NCBI RefSeq assembly: GCF_009914755.1
Contig: NC_060948.1
DNA length: 64,000 nucleotides
Direction: 5' to 3' (one strand)
DNA from: the human T2T-CHM13v2.0 reference genome, Homo sapiens
The position numbers and the translations under genes were made by a program. The notes below the pieces were generated by a model. That model had not been told where the DNA came from and searched no databases. It saw only the letters and a program-made list of their open reading frames with translations. Shown here one piece after another: positions 13,501 to 29,100 of this stretch. The first letter of the stretch is position 1; every line of letters begins with the position of its first letter.

Positions 13501-14106
13501 ACAAGGAATGGACAGGAATAGAATGGTCTCGAATTGAACGGAATCGTATGGAATGGCATCAAACGGAATGGAATGGACAGCCACGGAATGGAATGCACTC
13601 GAATGCAATGGAGTCGAAACTAATGGACTGGAATAGAATGGACTCGACTGGTACGGACTCCAATGGAATGGAATCGAATGGAAGGGAATCGAACGGAATG
13701 GACTCGAAGGGAAAAGACTGCAATGGAAAGGTCTCGAATGGAATGGAAATTAATGGAATGGAATGGAATCGAATGAAATGGAGTCAAAAGGAATGGAATC
13801 GAATGGCAAGAAATCGAATGTAATGGAATCGCAAGGAATTGATGTGAACGGAACGGAATGGAATGGAATCCAAAGAAATGGAATAGAATGGAATGGAATC
13901 GAATGGAAAGGACTCGAATGGAAATCACTCGAATAGAATGCAATTTAATAAAATAGGATGAAATGTAATGGAATGGAATGGAAAGGAATCGAAACGAAAG
14001 GAATGGAGACAGATGGAATGGAATGGAACAGAGAGCAATGGTATAGAATGGAATGGAATCATCTGGAATGGAATTGAATGGAATGGAATAATATGAAATG
14101 GAATGG
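10578..14106 (+). repeat. DYZ1 unit U4 (3529 bp; apparently identical to U1)
   Basis: The ORF track of U1 is reproduced at +10577. Confidence 0.9.
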
Positions 14107-17100
14107 AATGGAATGGAATGCCCTTGAATTAAATGGACTGGAATGGAATGGACTCGAACAGAGTGGAATGGAAAGTGTTGAGATAGAATGGAATGGACTC
14201 CTTTGGAATGGTCTAGTATGCAATGCAATCGACTGGCAGGGAATCAAAAGGAATGTAATCGAATGGATTGGACTGGAATGCAATGGACTCGAATAGATTG
14301 GAAACGGAATGCAAAGGAATGGAATGGAATAGTATGGAATGGAATGGAAAGGAATGGAGTGGAATAGACTAGAGTGGAATGGAATGGACTCGAAAGCAAT
14401 GGACTGGAATGGAACTTTCTTGAATGGACTGGAATCAAACGGAATGGAATGCAATGCAATCAAATGGCATGGAATAAAATAGAATGAAAGAGAATCAAAT
14501 GGAATGGAATCGAATGGAATCGAATGGATTGGAAAGGAATAGAATGGAATGGAATGGAATTGATTCAAATGGAATGGACTAGAATGGAATGGATTCGAAT
14601 GGAAGGCAAAGGAATGGAATCTATTGGAATGGACTGCAATGGAATGGAATGGAAGGGATTGGAATGGACTCGAATGGAATGGACTGCAATAGAAAGGATT
14701 CGAATGGCATGAAAAAGAATTGAATGGAATAGAACAGAATGGAATCAAATCGAATGAAATGGAATGGAATAGAAAGGAATGGAATGAAATGGAATGGAAA
14801 GGATTCGAATGGAATGCAATCGAATGGAATGGAATCGAACGGAATGGAATAAAATGGAAGCAAACTGGCAAGAAATGGAATCGAAATGAATGGAGTGTTA
14901 TGGATCGGACTCAAAATGAATTGAATGTAATAGAATGGAGTGGAGTGGACTCGAATATAATGGACTGGAATGGAATGAAATCACATGGAATGGGAACGAA
15001 TGGAATGGAATGGAAAGGAATGGAATCGAATGGAAAGGAATCGAATGGAAGGGAATGAAATTGAATCAACAGGAATGGAAGGGAATAGAATAGACGGTAA
15101 TGGAATGGACTCGAATAGAATGGACACGAATGCTCAAATTGAATGGACTCGAATGGAATGGAAACGAAAGGAATGTCATCGAATGGAATGGAATCGATTG
15201 GAATGAAATCGCATAGAATGGAGTGGAATCAAATGGAATTGAATCGAAAGGAAAGGAAGCGAATGGACTGAAATGAAATGGAATGGAATTGAATGGAAAG
15301 TAATGCAATGGAATAGAATGGAACGAAATTTCACGGAATGGAATCAAACTGAATGGAATCAAATCAATGGAATATAATCAAATGGAATGGAAAGGAATTG
15401 AATGGAGTAGATGGGATTGGATGGGATTGGAATGAAATGTACTGGAAAGGACTCGAATTTCATGAAACGGAATGGAATGAATTGGAACGGAATGGACTCG
15501 AATGGAATGGAATGTCATGGAATGGCATCAAATGGAATGGCATCAAATGGAATGGAATCGAATGCAATGGAATGCTATGGAATGGAATGGAATGCATTGG
15601 AATGGAATGTCCTCTAATGGAATGGATTCGAGTGGAATGGAATCGAATATAATGGAGTCGAATGAAATGGAATTGAAAGGAATGGGATCGAATACAATGG
15701 AATATACTGGAATGTAATGTAATGAACTCGAATGTAATTGACTGGAATGGAATGTACATGAATGGAATGTAATCGAATGGAAAGTAATCCAATGGAATAG
15801 AATCTAATGCAATAAAATCGACTCAGATAGAGTAGAATGTAATGGAATGGAGTGCAGTGCAATGGAATGGAATGGAATGGAATGCAATGGAGTGGAATGG
15901 AATGGGATGGAATGGTATGGAATGGATAGTAATGGACTGGAGTGAAATGGACTGGAAAGGAATGGACTCAAATTGAAAGGGCTCGAAAGGAATGGAGTCA
16001 AATGGAATGGTCTGGAATGGAATGAACACGAATGTAATGCAATCCAATAGAATGGAATCGAATGGCATGGAATATAAAGAAATGCAATCGAAGAGAATGG
16101 AAACAAACGGAATGGAATTGAATGGAATGGAATTGAATGGAATGGGAACGAATGGAGTGAAATTGTATGCAGTAGAAGAGAATAGAATGGAATGCAAGCG
16201 AAAGGAAAGGAATGGATTGGAATGGAATGGAATTCATTGGAATGGAAGGGAATGTAGTGTAATGGACAGGCCTGGAATAAAGTGGAATGCTACGGTCTCG
16301 AATGGAATAAAAATGTATGGAATGGAATGCAATGAAACGGAATCGAATGTCATAGAATGTAATGGAATGCAAAAAAATGGAATCCAAAATCATTGACTGG
16401 AAAGGCTGGGTGTCGAAAGGAATTGACTCCAATGGAATGGAATCGAATGGAATGGAAGTGAATAGAATCGAACTGAATCGAATGGAATGGAATTGATAGG
16501 AACGGAATGGAAAGGAATGCAATGATTTGGCATGGAATGGAATCGAATGCCATCGAATGGAATGGAATGGAATGCAATGCAATGGAATGTATTAGAATGT
16601 AATGAACTTTAATGGAATGTACTCGAATGGATTCGAATGGAATGGAATGTTCTGGAAGTGAATGGACTCCAATGGAATGGATTGAAAAGGAATGGAATCG
16701 TACGGAATGGAATCTAATGGAATGGAATTAAATGGAAATGAATCAAATTGAATAGCACGAAATTGAATTGAATGGAATCGAATGCAATGGAATCTAATGA
16801 AATGGAAAGGAATGGAATGGAATGGAATGGGCTGGAATGGAAAGGAATCGAAACGAATGGAATGGAATCGAACTGAGGAGACTGGAATGGAATACACTTC
16901 AATGGAAGGGAATGTAATGGAAGGTTCTCGAAAAAAATGGAAACGAATGGAATGGAATTGAATGGAACGGAATAGAGTCGAATGGAATTGAATGGAATGG
17001 AATGGACTAGAGTGAAATGGAATCGAACCACAAGGAATGGACAGGAATAGAATGGTCTCGAATTGAACGGAATCGTATGGAATGGCATCAAACGGAATGG

Positions 17101-20100
17101 AATGGACAGCCACGGAATGGAATGCACTCGAATGCAATGGAGTCGAAACTAATGGACTGGAATAGAATGGACTCGACTGGTACGGACTCCAATGGAATGG
17201 AATCGAATGGAAGGGAATCGAACGGAATGGACTCGAAGGGAAAAGACTGCAATGGAAAGGTCTCGAATGGAATGGAAATTAATGGAATGGAATGGAATCT
17301 AATGAAATGGAGTCAAAAGGAATGGAATCGAATGGCAAGAAATCGAATGTAATGGAATCGCAAGGAATTGATGTGAATGGAACGGAATGGAATGGAATCC
17401 AAAGAAATGGAATAGAATGGAATGGAATCGAATGGAAAGGACTCGAATGGAAATCACTCGAATAGAATGCAATTTAATAAAATAGGATGAAATGTAATGG
17501 AATGGAATGGAAAGGAATCGAAACGAAAGGAATGGAGACAGATGGAATGGAATGGAACAGAGAGCAATGGTATAGAATGGAATGGAATCATCTGGAATGG
17601 AATTGAATGGAATGGAATAATATGAAATGGAATGGAATGGAATGGAATGCCCTTGAATTAAATGGACTGGAATGGAATGGACTCGAACAGAGTGGAATGG
17701 AAAGTGTTGAGATAGAATGGAATGGACTCGTTGGGAATGGTCTAGTATGCAATGCAATCGACTGGCAGGGAATCAAAAGGAATGTAATCGAATGGATTGG
17801 ACTGGAATGCAATGGACTCGAATAGATTGGAAACGGAATGCAAAGGAATGGAATGGAATAGTATGGAATGGAATGGAAAGGAATGGAGTGGAATAGACTA
17901 GAGTGGAATGGAATGGACTCGAAAGCAATGGACTGGAATGGAACTTTCTTGAATGGACTGGAATCAAACGGAATGGAATGCAATGCAATCAAATGGCATG
18001 GAATAAAATAGAATGAAAGAGAATCAAATGGAATGGAATCGAATGGAATCGAATGGATTGGAAAGGAATAGAATGGAATGGAATGGAATTGATTCAAATG
18101 GAATGGACTAGAATGGAATGGATTCGAATGGAAGGCAAAGGAATGGAATCTATTGGAATGGACTGCAATGGAATGGAATGGAAGGGATTGGAATGGACTC
18201 GAATGGAATGGACTGCAATAGAAAGGATTCGAATGGCATGAAAAAGAATTGAATGGAATAGAACAGAATGGAATCAAATCGAATGAAATGGAATGGAATA
18301 GAAAGGAATGGAATGAAATGGAATGGAAAGGATTCGAATGGAATGCAATCGAATGGAATGGAATCGAACGGAATGGAATAAAATGGAAGCAAACTGGCAA
18401 GAAATGGAATCGAAATGAATGGAGTGTTATGGATCGGACTCAAAATGAATTGAATGTAATAGAATGGAGTGGAGTGGACTCGAATATAATGGACTGGAAT
18501 GGAATGAAATCACATGGAATGGGAACGAATGGAATGGAATGGAAAGGAATGGAATCGAATGGAAAGGAATCGAATGGAAGGGAATGAAATTGAATCAACA
18601 GGAATGGAAGGGAATAGAATAGACGGTAATGGAATGGACTCGAATAGAATGGACACGAATGCTCAAATTGAATGGACTCGAATGGAATGGAAACGAAAGG
18701 AATGTCATCGAATGGAATGGAATCGATTGGAATGAAATCGCATAGAATGGAGTGGAATCAAATGGAATTGAATCGAAAGGAAAGGAAGCGAATGGACTGA
18801 AATGAAATGGAATGGAATTGAATGGAAAGTAATGCAATGGAATAGAATGGAACGAAATTTCACGGAATGGAATCAAACTGAATGGAATCAAATCAATGGA
18901 ATATAATCAAATGGAATGGAAAGGAATTGAATGGAGTAGATGGGATTGGATGGGATTGGAATGAAATGTACTGGAAAGGACTCGAATTTCATGAAACGGA
19001 ATGGAATGAATTGGAACGGAATGGACTCGAATGGAATGGAATGTCATGGAATGGCATCAAATGGAATGGCATCAAATGGAATGGAATCGAATGCAATGGA
19101 ATGCTATGGAATGGAATGGAATGCATTGGAATGGAATGTCCTCTAATGGAATGGATTCGAGTGGAATGGAATCGAATATAATGGAGTCGAATGAAATGGA
19201 ATTGAAAGGAATGGGATCGAATACAATGGAATATACTGGAATGTAATGTAATGAACTCGAATGTAATTGACTGGAATGGAATGTACATGAATGGAATGTA
19301 ATCGAATGGAAAGTAATCCAATGGAATAGAATCTAATGCAATAAAATCGACTCAGATAGAGTAGAATGTAATGGAATGGAGTGCAGTGCAATGGAATGGA
19401 ATGGAATGGAATGCAATGGAGTGGAATGGAATGGGATGGAATGGTATGGAATGGATAGTAATGGACTGGAGTGAAATGGACTGGAAAGGAATGGACTCAA
19501 ATTGAAAGGGCTCGAAAGGAATGGAGTCAAATGGAATGGTCTGGAATGGAATGAACACGAATGTAATGCAATCCAATAGAATGGAATCGAATGGCATGGA
19601 ATATAAAGAAATGCAATCGAAGAGAATGGAAACAAACGGAATGGAATTGAATGGAATGGAATTGAATGGAATGGCAACGAATGGAGTGAAATTGTATGCA
19701 GTAGAAGAGAATAGAATGGAATGCAAGCGAAAGGAAAGGAATGGATTGGAATGGAATGGAATTCATTGGAATGGAAGGGAATGTAGTGTAATGGACAGGC
19801 CTGGAATAAAGTGGAATGCTACGGTCTCGAATGGAATAAAAATGTATGGAATGGAATGCAATGAAACGGAATCGAATGTCATAGAATGTAATGGAATGCA
19901 AAAAAATGGAATCCAAAATCATTGACTGGAAAGGCTGGGTGTCGAAAGGAATTGACTCCAATGGAATGGAATCGAATGGAATGGAAGTGAATAGAATCGA
20001 ACTAAATCGAATGGAATGGAATTGATAGGAACGGAATGGAAAGGAATGCAATGATTTGGCATGGAATGGAATCGAATGGCATCGAATGGAATGGAATGGA

Positions 20101-23100
20101 ATGCAATGGAATGGAATGTATTAGAATGTAATGAACTTTAATGGAATGTACTCGAATGGATTCGACTGGAATGGAATGTTCTGGAAGTGAATGGACTCCA
20201 ATGGAATGGATTGAAAAGGAATGGAATCGTACGGAATGGAATCTAATGGAATGGAATTAAATGGAAATGAATCAAATTGAATAGCACGAAATTGAATTGA
20301 ATGGAATCGAATGCAATGGAATCTAATGAAATGGAAAGGAAAGGAATGGAATGGAATGGGCTGGAATGGAAAGGAATCGAAACGAATGGAATGGAATCGA
20401 ACTGAGGAGACTGGAATGGAATACACTTCAATGGAAGGGAATGTAATGGAAGGTTCTCGAAAAAAATGGAAACGAATGGAATGGAATTGAATGGAACGGA
20501 ATAGAGTCGAATGGAATTGAATGGAATGGAATGGACTAGAGTGAAATGGAATCGAACCACAAGGAATGGACAGGAATAGAATGGTCTCGAATTGAACGGA
20601 ATCGTATGGAATGGCATCAAACGGAATGGAATGGACAGCCACGGAATGGAATGCACTCGAATGCAATGGAGTCGAAACTAATGGACTGGAATAGAATGGA
20701 CTCGACTGGTACGGACTCCAATGGAATGGAATCGAATGGAAGGGAATCGAACGGAATGGACTCGAAGGGAAAAGACTGCAATGGAAAGGTCTCGAATGGA
20801 ATGGAAATTAATGGAATGGAATGGAATCGAATGAAATGGAGTCAAAAGGAATGGAATCGAATGGCAAGAAATCGAATGTAATGGAATCGCAAGGAATTGA
20901 TGTGAACGGAACGGAATGGAATGGAATCCAAAGAAATGGAATAGAATGGAATGGAATCGAATGGAAAGGACTCGAATGGAAATCACTCGAATAGAATGCA
21001 ATTTAATAAAATAGGATGAAATGTAATGGAATGGAATGGAAAGGAATCGAAACGAAAGGAATGGAGACAGATGGAATGGAATGGAACAGAGAGCAATGGT
21101 ATAGAATGGAATGGAATCATCTGGAATGGAATTGAATGGAATGGAATAATATGAAATGGAATGGAATGGAATGGAATGCCCTTGAATTAAATGGACTGGA
21201 ATGGAATGGACTCGAACAGAGTGGAATGGAAAGTGTTGAGATAGAATGGAATGGACTCGTTTGGAATGGTCTAGTATGCAATACAATCGACTGGCAGGGA
21301 ATCAAAAGGAATGTAATCGAATGGATTGGACTGGAATGCAATGGACTCGAATAGATTGGAAACGGAATGCAAAGGAATGGAATGGAATAGTATGGAATGG
21401 AATGGAAAGGAATGGAGTGGAATAGACTAGAGTGGAATGGAATGGACTCGAAAGCAATGGACTGGAATGGAACTTTCTTGAATGGACTGGAATCAAACGG
21501 AATGGAATGCAATGCAATCAAATGGCATGGAATAAAATAGAATGAAAGAGAATCAAATGGAATGGAATCGAATGGAATCGAATGGATTGGAAAGGAATAG
21601 AATGGAATGGAATGGAATTGATTCAAATGGAATGGACTAGAATGGAATGGATTCGAATGGAAGGCAAAGGAATGGAATCTATTGGAATGGACTGCAATGG
21701 AATGGAATGGAAGGGATTGGAATGGACTCGAATGGAATGGACTGCAATAGAAAGGATTCGAATGGCATGAAAAAGAATTGAATGGAATAGAACAGAATGG
21801 AATCAAATCGAATGAAATGGAATGGAATAGAAAGGAATGGAATGAAATGGAATGGAAAGGATTCGAATGGAATGCAATCGAATGGAATGGAATCGAACGG
21901 AATGGAATAAAATGGAAGCAAACTGGCAAGAAATGGAATCGAAATGAATGGAGTGTTATGGATCGGACTCAAAATGAATTGAATGTAATAGAATGGAGTG
22001 GAGTGGACTCGAATATAATGGACTGGAATGGAATGAAATCACATGGAATGGGAACGAATGGAATGGAATGGAAAGGAATGGAATCGAATGGAAAGGAATC
22101 GAATGGAAGGGAATGAAATTGAATCAACAGGAATGGAAGGGAATAGAATAGACGGTAATGGAATGGACTCGAATAGAATGGACACGAATGCTCAAATTGA
22201 ATGGACTCGAATGGAATGGAAACGAAAGGAATGTCATCGAATGGAATGGAATCGATTGGAATGAAATCGCATAGAATGGAGTGGAATCAAATGGAATTGA
22301 ATCGAAAGGAAAGGAAGCGAATGGACTGAAATGAAATGGAATGGAATTGAATGGAAAGTAATGCAATGGAATAGAATGGAACGAAATTTCACGGAATGGA
22401 ATCAAACTGAATGGAATCAAATCAATGGAATATAATCAAATGGAATGGAAAGGAATTGAATGGAGTAGATGGGATTGGATGGGATTGGAATGAAATGTAC
22501 TGGAAAGGACTCGAATTTCATGAAACGGAATGGAATGAATTGGAACGGAATGGACTCGAATGGAATGGAATGTCATGGAATGGCATCAAATGGAATGGCA
22601 TCAAATGGAATGGAATCGAATGCAATGGAATGCTATGGAATGGAATGGAATGCATTGGAATGGAATGTCCTCTAATGGAATGGATTCGAGTGGAATGGAA
22701 TCGAATATAATGGAGTCGAATGAAATGGAATTGAAAGGAATGGGATCGAATACAATGGAATATACTGGAATGTAATGTAATGAACTCGAATGTAATTGAC
22801 TGGAATGGAATGTACATGAATGGAATGTAATCGAATGGAAAGTAATCCAATGGAATAGAATCTAATGCAATAAAATCGACTCAGATAGAGTAGAATGTAA
22901 TGGAATGGAGTGCAGTGCAATGGAATGGAATGGAATGGAATGCAATGGAGTGGAATGGAATGGGATGGAATGGTATGGAATGGATAGTAATGGACTGGAG
23001 TGAAATGGACTGGAAAGGAATGGACTCAAATTGAAAGGGCTCGAAAGGAATGGAGTCAAATGGAATGGTCTGGAATGGAATGAACACGAATGTAATGCAA

Positions 23101-26100
23101 TCCAATAGAATGGAATCGAATGGCATGGAATATAAAGAAATGCAATCGAAGAGAATGGAAACAAACGGAATGGAATTGAATGGAATGGAATTGAATGGAA
23201 TGGGAACGAATGGAGTGAAATTGTATGCAGTAGAAGAGAATAGAATGGAATGCAAGCGAAAGGAAAGGAATGGATTGGAATGGAATGGAATTCATTGGAA
23301 TGGAAGGGAATGTAGTGTAATGGACAGGCCTGGAATAAAGTGGAATGCTACGGTCTCGAATGGAATAAAAATGTATGGAATGGAATGCAATGAAACGGAA
23401 TCGAATGTCATAGAATGTAATGGAATGCAAAAAAATGGAATCCAAAATCATTGACTGGAAAGGCTGGGTGTCGAAAGGAATTGACTCCAATGGAATGGAA
23501 TCGAATGGAATGGAAGTGAATAGAATCGAACTGAATCGAATGGAATGGAATTGATAGGAACGGAATGGAAAGGAATGCAATGATTTGGCATGGAATGGAA
23601 TCGAATGCCATCGAATGGAATGGAATGGAATGCAATGCAATGGAATGTATTAGAATGTAATGAACTTTAATGGAATGTACTCGAATGGATTCGACTGGAA
23701 TGGAATGTTCTGGAAGTGAATGGACTCCAATGGAATGGATTGAAAAGGAATGGAATCGTACGGAATGGAATCTAATGGAATGGAATTAAATGGAAATGAA
23801 TCAAATTGAATAGCACGAAATTGAATTGAATGGAATCGAATGCAATGGAATCTAATGAAATGGAAAGGAATGGAATGGAATGGAATGGGCTGGAATGGAA
23901 AGGAATCGAAACGAATGGAATGGAATCGAACTGAGGAGACTGGAATGGAATACACTTCAATGGAAGGGAATGTAATGGAAGGTTCTCGAAAAAAATGGAA
24001 ACGAATGGAATGGAATTGAATGGAACGGAATAGAGTCGAATGGAATTGAATGGAATGGAATGGACTAGAGTGAAATGGAATCGAACCACAAGGAATGGAC
24101 AGGAATAGAATGGTCTCGAATTGAACGGAATCGTATGGAATGGCATCAAACGGAATGGAATGGACAGCCACGGAATGGAATGCACTCGAATGCAATGGAG
24201 TCGAAACTAATGGACTGGAATAGAATGGACTCGACTGGTACGGACTCCAATGGAATGGAATCGAATGGAAGGGAATCGAACGGAATGGACTCGAAGGGAA
24301 AAGACTGCAATGGAAAGGTCTCGAATGGAATGGAAATTAATGGAATGGAATGGAATCTAATGAAATGGAGTCAAAAGGAATGGAATCGAATGGCAAGAAA
24401 TCGAATGTAATGGAATCGCAAGGAATTGATGTGAATGGAACGGAATGGAATGGAATCCAAAGAAATGGAATAGAATGGAATGGAATCGAATGGAAAGGAC
24501 TCGAATGGAAATCACTCGAATAGAATGCAATTTAATAAAATAGGATGAAATGTAATGGAATGGAATGGAAAGGAATCGAAACGAAAGGAATGGAGACAGA
24601 TGGAATGGAATGGAACAGAGAGCAATGGTATAGAATGGAATGGAATCATCTGGAATGGAATTGAATGGAATGGAATAATATGAAATGGAATGGAATGGAA
24701 TGGAATGCCCTTGAATTAAATGGACTGGAATGGAATGGACTCGAACAGAGTGGAATGGAAAGTGTTGAGATAGAATGGAATGGACTCGTTGGGAATGGTC
24801 TAGTATGCAATGCAATCGACTGGCAGGGAATCAAAAGGAATGTAATCGAATGGATTGGACTGGAATGCAATGGACTCGAATAGATTGGAAACGGAATGCA
24901 AAGGAATGGAATGGAATAGTATGGAATGGAATGGAAAGGAATGGAGTGGAATAGACTAGAGTGGAATGGAATGGACTCGAAAGCAATGGACTGGAATGGA
25001 ACTTTCTTGAATGGACTGGAATCAAACGGAATGGAATGCAATGCAATCAAATGGCATGGAATAAAATAGAATGAAAGAGAATCAAATGGAATGGAATCGA
25101 ATGGAATCGAATGGATTGGAAAGGAATAGAATGGAATGGAATGGAATTGATTCAAATGGAATGGACTAGAATGGAATGGATTCGAATGGAAGGCAAAGGA
25201 ATGGAATCTATTGGAATGGACTGCAATGGAATGGAATGGAAGGGATTGGAATGGACTCGAATGGAATGGACTGCAATAGAAAGGATTCGAATGGCATGAA
25301 AAAGAATTGAATGGAATAGAACAGAATGGAATCAAATCGAATGAAATGGAATGGAATAGAAAGGAATGGAATGAAATGGAATGGAAAGGATTCGAATGGA
25401 ATGCAATCGAATGGAATGGAATCGAACGGAATGGAATAAAATGGAAGCAAACTGGCAAGAAATGGAATCGAAATGAATGGAGTGTTATGGATCGGACTCA
25501 AAATGAATTGAATGTAATAGAATGGAGTGGAGTGGACTCGAATATAATGGACTGGAATGGAATGAAATCACATGGAATGGGAACGAATGGAATGGAATGG
25601 AAAGGAATGGAATCGAATGGAAAGGAATCGAATGGAAGGGAATGAAATTGAATCAACAGGAATGGAAGGGAATAGAATAGACGGTAATGGAATGGACTCG
25701 AATAGAATGGACACGAATGCTCAAATTGAATGGACTCGAATGGAATGGAAACGAAAGGAATGTCATCGAATGGAATGGAATCGATTGGAATGAAATCGCA
25801 TAGAATGGAGTGGAATCAAATGGAATTGAATCGAAAGGAAAGGAAGCGAATGGACTGAAATGAAATGGAATGGAATTGAATGGAAAGTAATGCAATGGAA
25901 TAGAATGGAACGAAATTTCACGGAATGGAATCAAACTGAATGGAATCAAATCAATGGAATATAATCAAATGGAATGGAAAGGAATTGAATGGAGTAGATG
26001 GGATTGGATGGGATTGGAATGAAATGTACTGGAAAGGACTCGAATTTCATGAAACGGAATGGAATGAATTGGAACGGAATGGACTCGAATGGAATGGAAT

Positions 26101-29100
26101 GTCATGGAATGGCATCAAATGGAATGGCATCAAATGGAATGGAATCGAATGCAATGGAATGCTATGGAATGGAATGGAATGCATTGGAATGGAATGTCCT
26201 CTAATGGAATGGATTCGAGTGGAATGGAATCGAATATAATGGAGTCGAATGAAATGGAATTGAAAGGAATGGGATCGAATACAATGGAATATACTGGAAT
26301 GTAATGTAATGAACTCGAATGTAATTGACTGGAATGGAATGTACATGAATGGAATGTAATCGAATGGAAAGTAATCCAATGGAATAGAATCTAATGCAAT
26401 AAAATCGACTCAGATAGAGTAGAATGTAATGGAATGGAGTGCAGTGCAATGGAATGGAATGGAATGGAATGCAATGGAGTGGAATGGAATGGGATGGAAT
26501 GGTATGGAATGGATAGTAATGGACTGGAGTGAAATGGACTGGAAAGGAATGGACTCAAATTGAAAGGGCTCGAAAGGAATGGAGTCAAATGGAATGGTCT
26601 GGAATGGAATGAACACGAATGTAATGCAATCCAATAGAATGGAATCGAATGGCATGGAATATAAAGAAATGCAATCGAAGAGAATGGAAACAAACGGAAT
26701 GGAATTGAATGGAATGGAATTGAATGGAATGGGAACGAATGGAGTGAAATTGTATGCAGTAGAAGAGAATAGAATGGAATGCAAGCGAAAGGAAAGGAAT
26801 GGATTGGAATGGAATGGAATTCATTGGAATGGAAGGGAATGTAGTGTAATGGACAGGCCTGGAATAAAGTGGAATGCTACGGTCTCGAATGGAATAAAAA
26901 TGTATGGAATGGAATGCAATGAAACGGAATCGAATGTCATAGAATGTAATGGAATGCAAAAAAATGGAATCCAAAATCATTGACTGGAAAGGCTGGGTGT
27001 CGAAAGGAATTGACTCCAATGGAATGGAATCGAATGGAATGGAAGTGAATAGAATCGAACTAAATCGAATGGAATGGAATTGATAGGAACGGAATGGAAA
27101 GGAATGCAATGATTTGGCATGGAATGGAATCGAATGGCATCGAATGGAATGGAATGGAATGCAATGGAATGGAATGTATTAGAATGTAATGAACTTTAAT
27201 GGAATGTACTCGAATGGATTCGACTGGAATGGAATGTTCTGGAAGTGAATGGACTCCAATGGAATGGATTGAAAAGGAATGGAATCGTACGGAATGGAAT
27301 CTAATGGAATGGAATTAAATGGAAATGAATCAAATTGAATAGCACGAAATTGAATTGAATGGAATCGAATGCAATGGAATCTAATGAAATGGAAAGGAAA
27401 GGAATGGAATGGAATGGGCTGGAATGGAAAGGAATCGAAACGAATGGAATGGAATCGAACTGAGGAGACTGGAATGGAATACACTTCAATGGAAGGGAAT
27501 GTAATGGAAGGTTCTCGAAAAAAATGGAAACGAATGGAATGGAATTGAATGGAACGGAATAGAGTCGAATGGAATTGAATGGAATGGAATGGACTAGAGT
27601 GAAATGGAATCGAACCACAAGGAATGGACAGGAATAGAATGGTCTCGAATTGAACGGAATCGTATGGAATGGCATCAAACGGAATGGAATGGACAGCCAC
27701 GGAATGGAATGCACTCGAATGCAATGGAGTCGAAACTAATGGACTGGAATAGAATGGACTCGACTGGTACGGACTCCAATGGAATGGAATCGAATGGAAG
27801 GGAATCGAACGGAATGGACTCGAAGGGAAAAGACTGCAATGGAAAGGTCTCGAATGGAATGGAAATTAATGGAATGGAATGGAATCGAATGAAATGGAGT
27901 CAAAAGGAATGGAATCGAATGGCAAGAAATCGAATGTAATGGAATCGCAAGGAATTGATGTGAACGGAACGGAATGGAATGGAATCCAAAGAAATGGAAT
28001 AGAATGGAATGGAATCGAATGGAAAGGACTCGAATGGAAATCACTCGAATAGAATGCAATTTAATAAAATAGGATGAAATGTAATGGAATGGAATGGAAA
28101 GGAATCGAAACGAAAGGAATGGAGACAGATGGAATGGAATGGAACAGAGAGCAATGGTATAGAATGGAATGGAATCATCTGGAATGGAATTGAATGGAAT
28201 GGAATAATATGAAATGGAATGGAATGGAATGGAATGCCCTTGAATTAAATGGACTGGAATGGAATGGACTCGAACAGAGTGGAATGGAAAGTGTTGAGAT
28301 AGAATGGAATGGACTCGTTTGGAATGGTCTAGTATGCAATACAATCGACTGGCAGGGAATCAAAAGGAATGTAATCGAATGGATTGGACTGGAATGCAAT
28401 GGACTCGAATAGATTGGAAACGGAATGCAAAGGAATGGAATGGAATAGTATGGAATGGAATGGAAAGGAATGGAGTGGAATAGACTAGAGTGGAATGGAA
28501 TGGACTCGAAAGCAATGGACTGGAATGGAACTTTCTTGAATGGACTGGAATCAAACGGAATGGAATGCAATGCAATCAAATGGCATGGAATAAAATAGAA
28601 TGAAAGAGAATCAAATGGAATGGAATCGAATGGAATCGAATGGATTGGAAAGGAATAGAATGGAATGGAATGGAATTGATTCAAATGGAATGGACTAGAA
28701 TGGAATGGATTCGAATGGAAGGCAAAGGAATGGAATCTATTGGAATGGACTGCAATGGAATGGAATGGAAGGGATTGGAATGGACTCGAATGGAATGGAC
28801 TGCAATAGAAAGGATTCGAATGGCATGAAAAAGAATTGAATGGAATAGAACAGAATGGAATCAAATCGAATGAAATGGAATGGAATAGAAAGGAATGGAA
28901 TGAAATGGAATGGAAAGGATTCGAATGGAATGCAATCGAATGGAATGGAATCGAAAGGAATGGAATAAAATGGAAGCAAACTGGCAAGAAATGGAATCGA
29001 AATGAATGGAGTGTTATGGATCGGACTCAAAATGAATTGAATGTAATAGAATGGAGTGGAGTGGACTCGAATATAATGGACTGGAATGGAATGAAATCAC

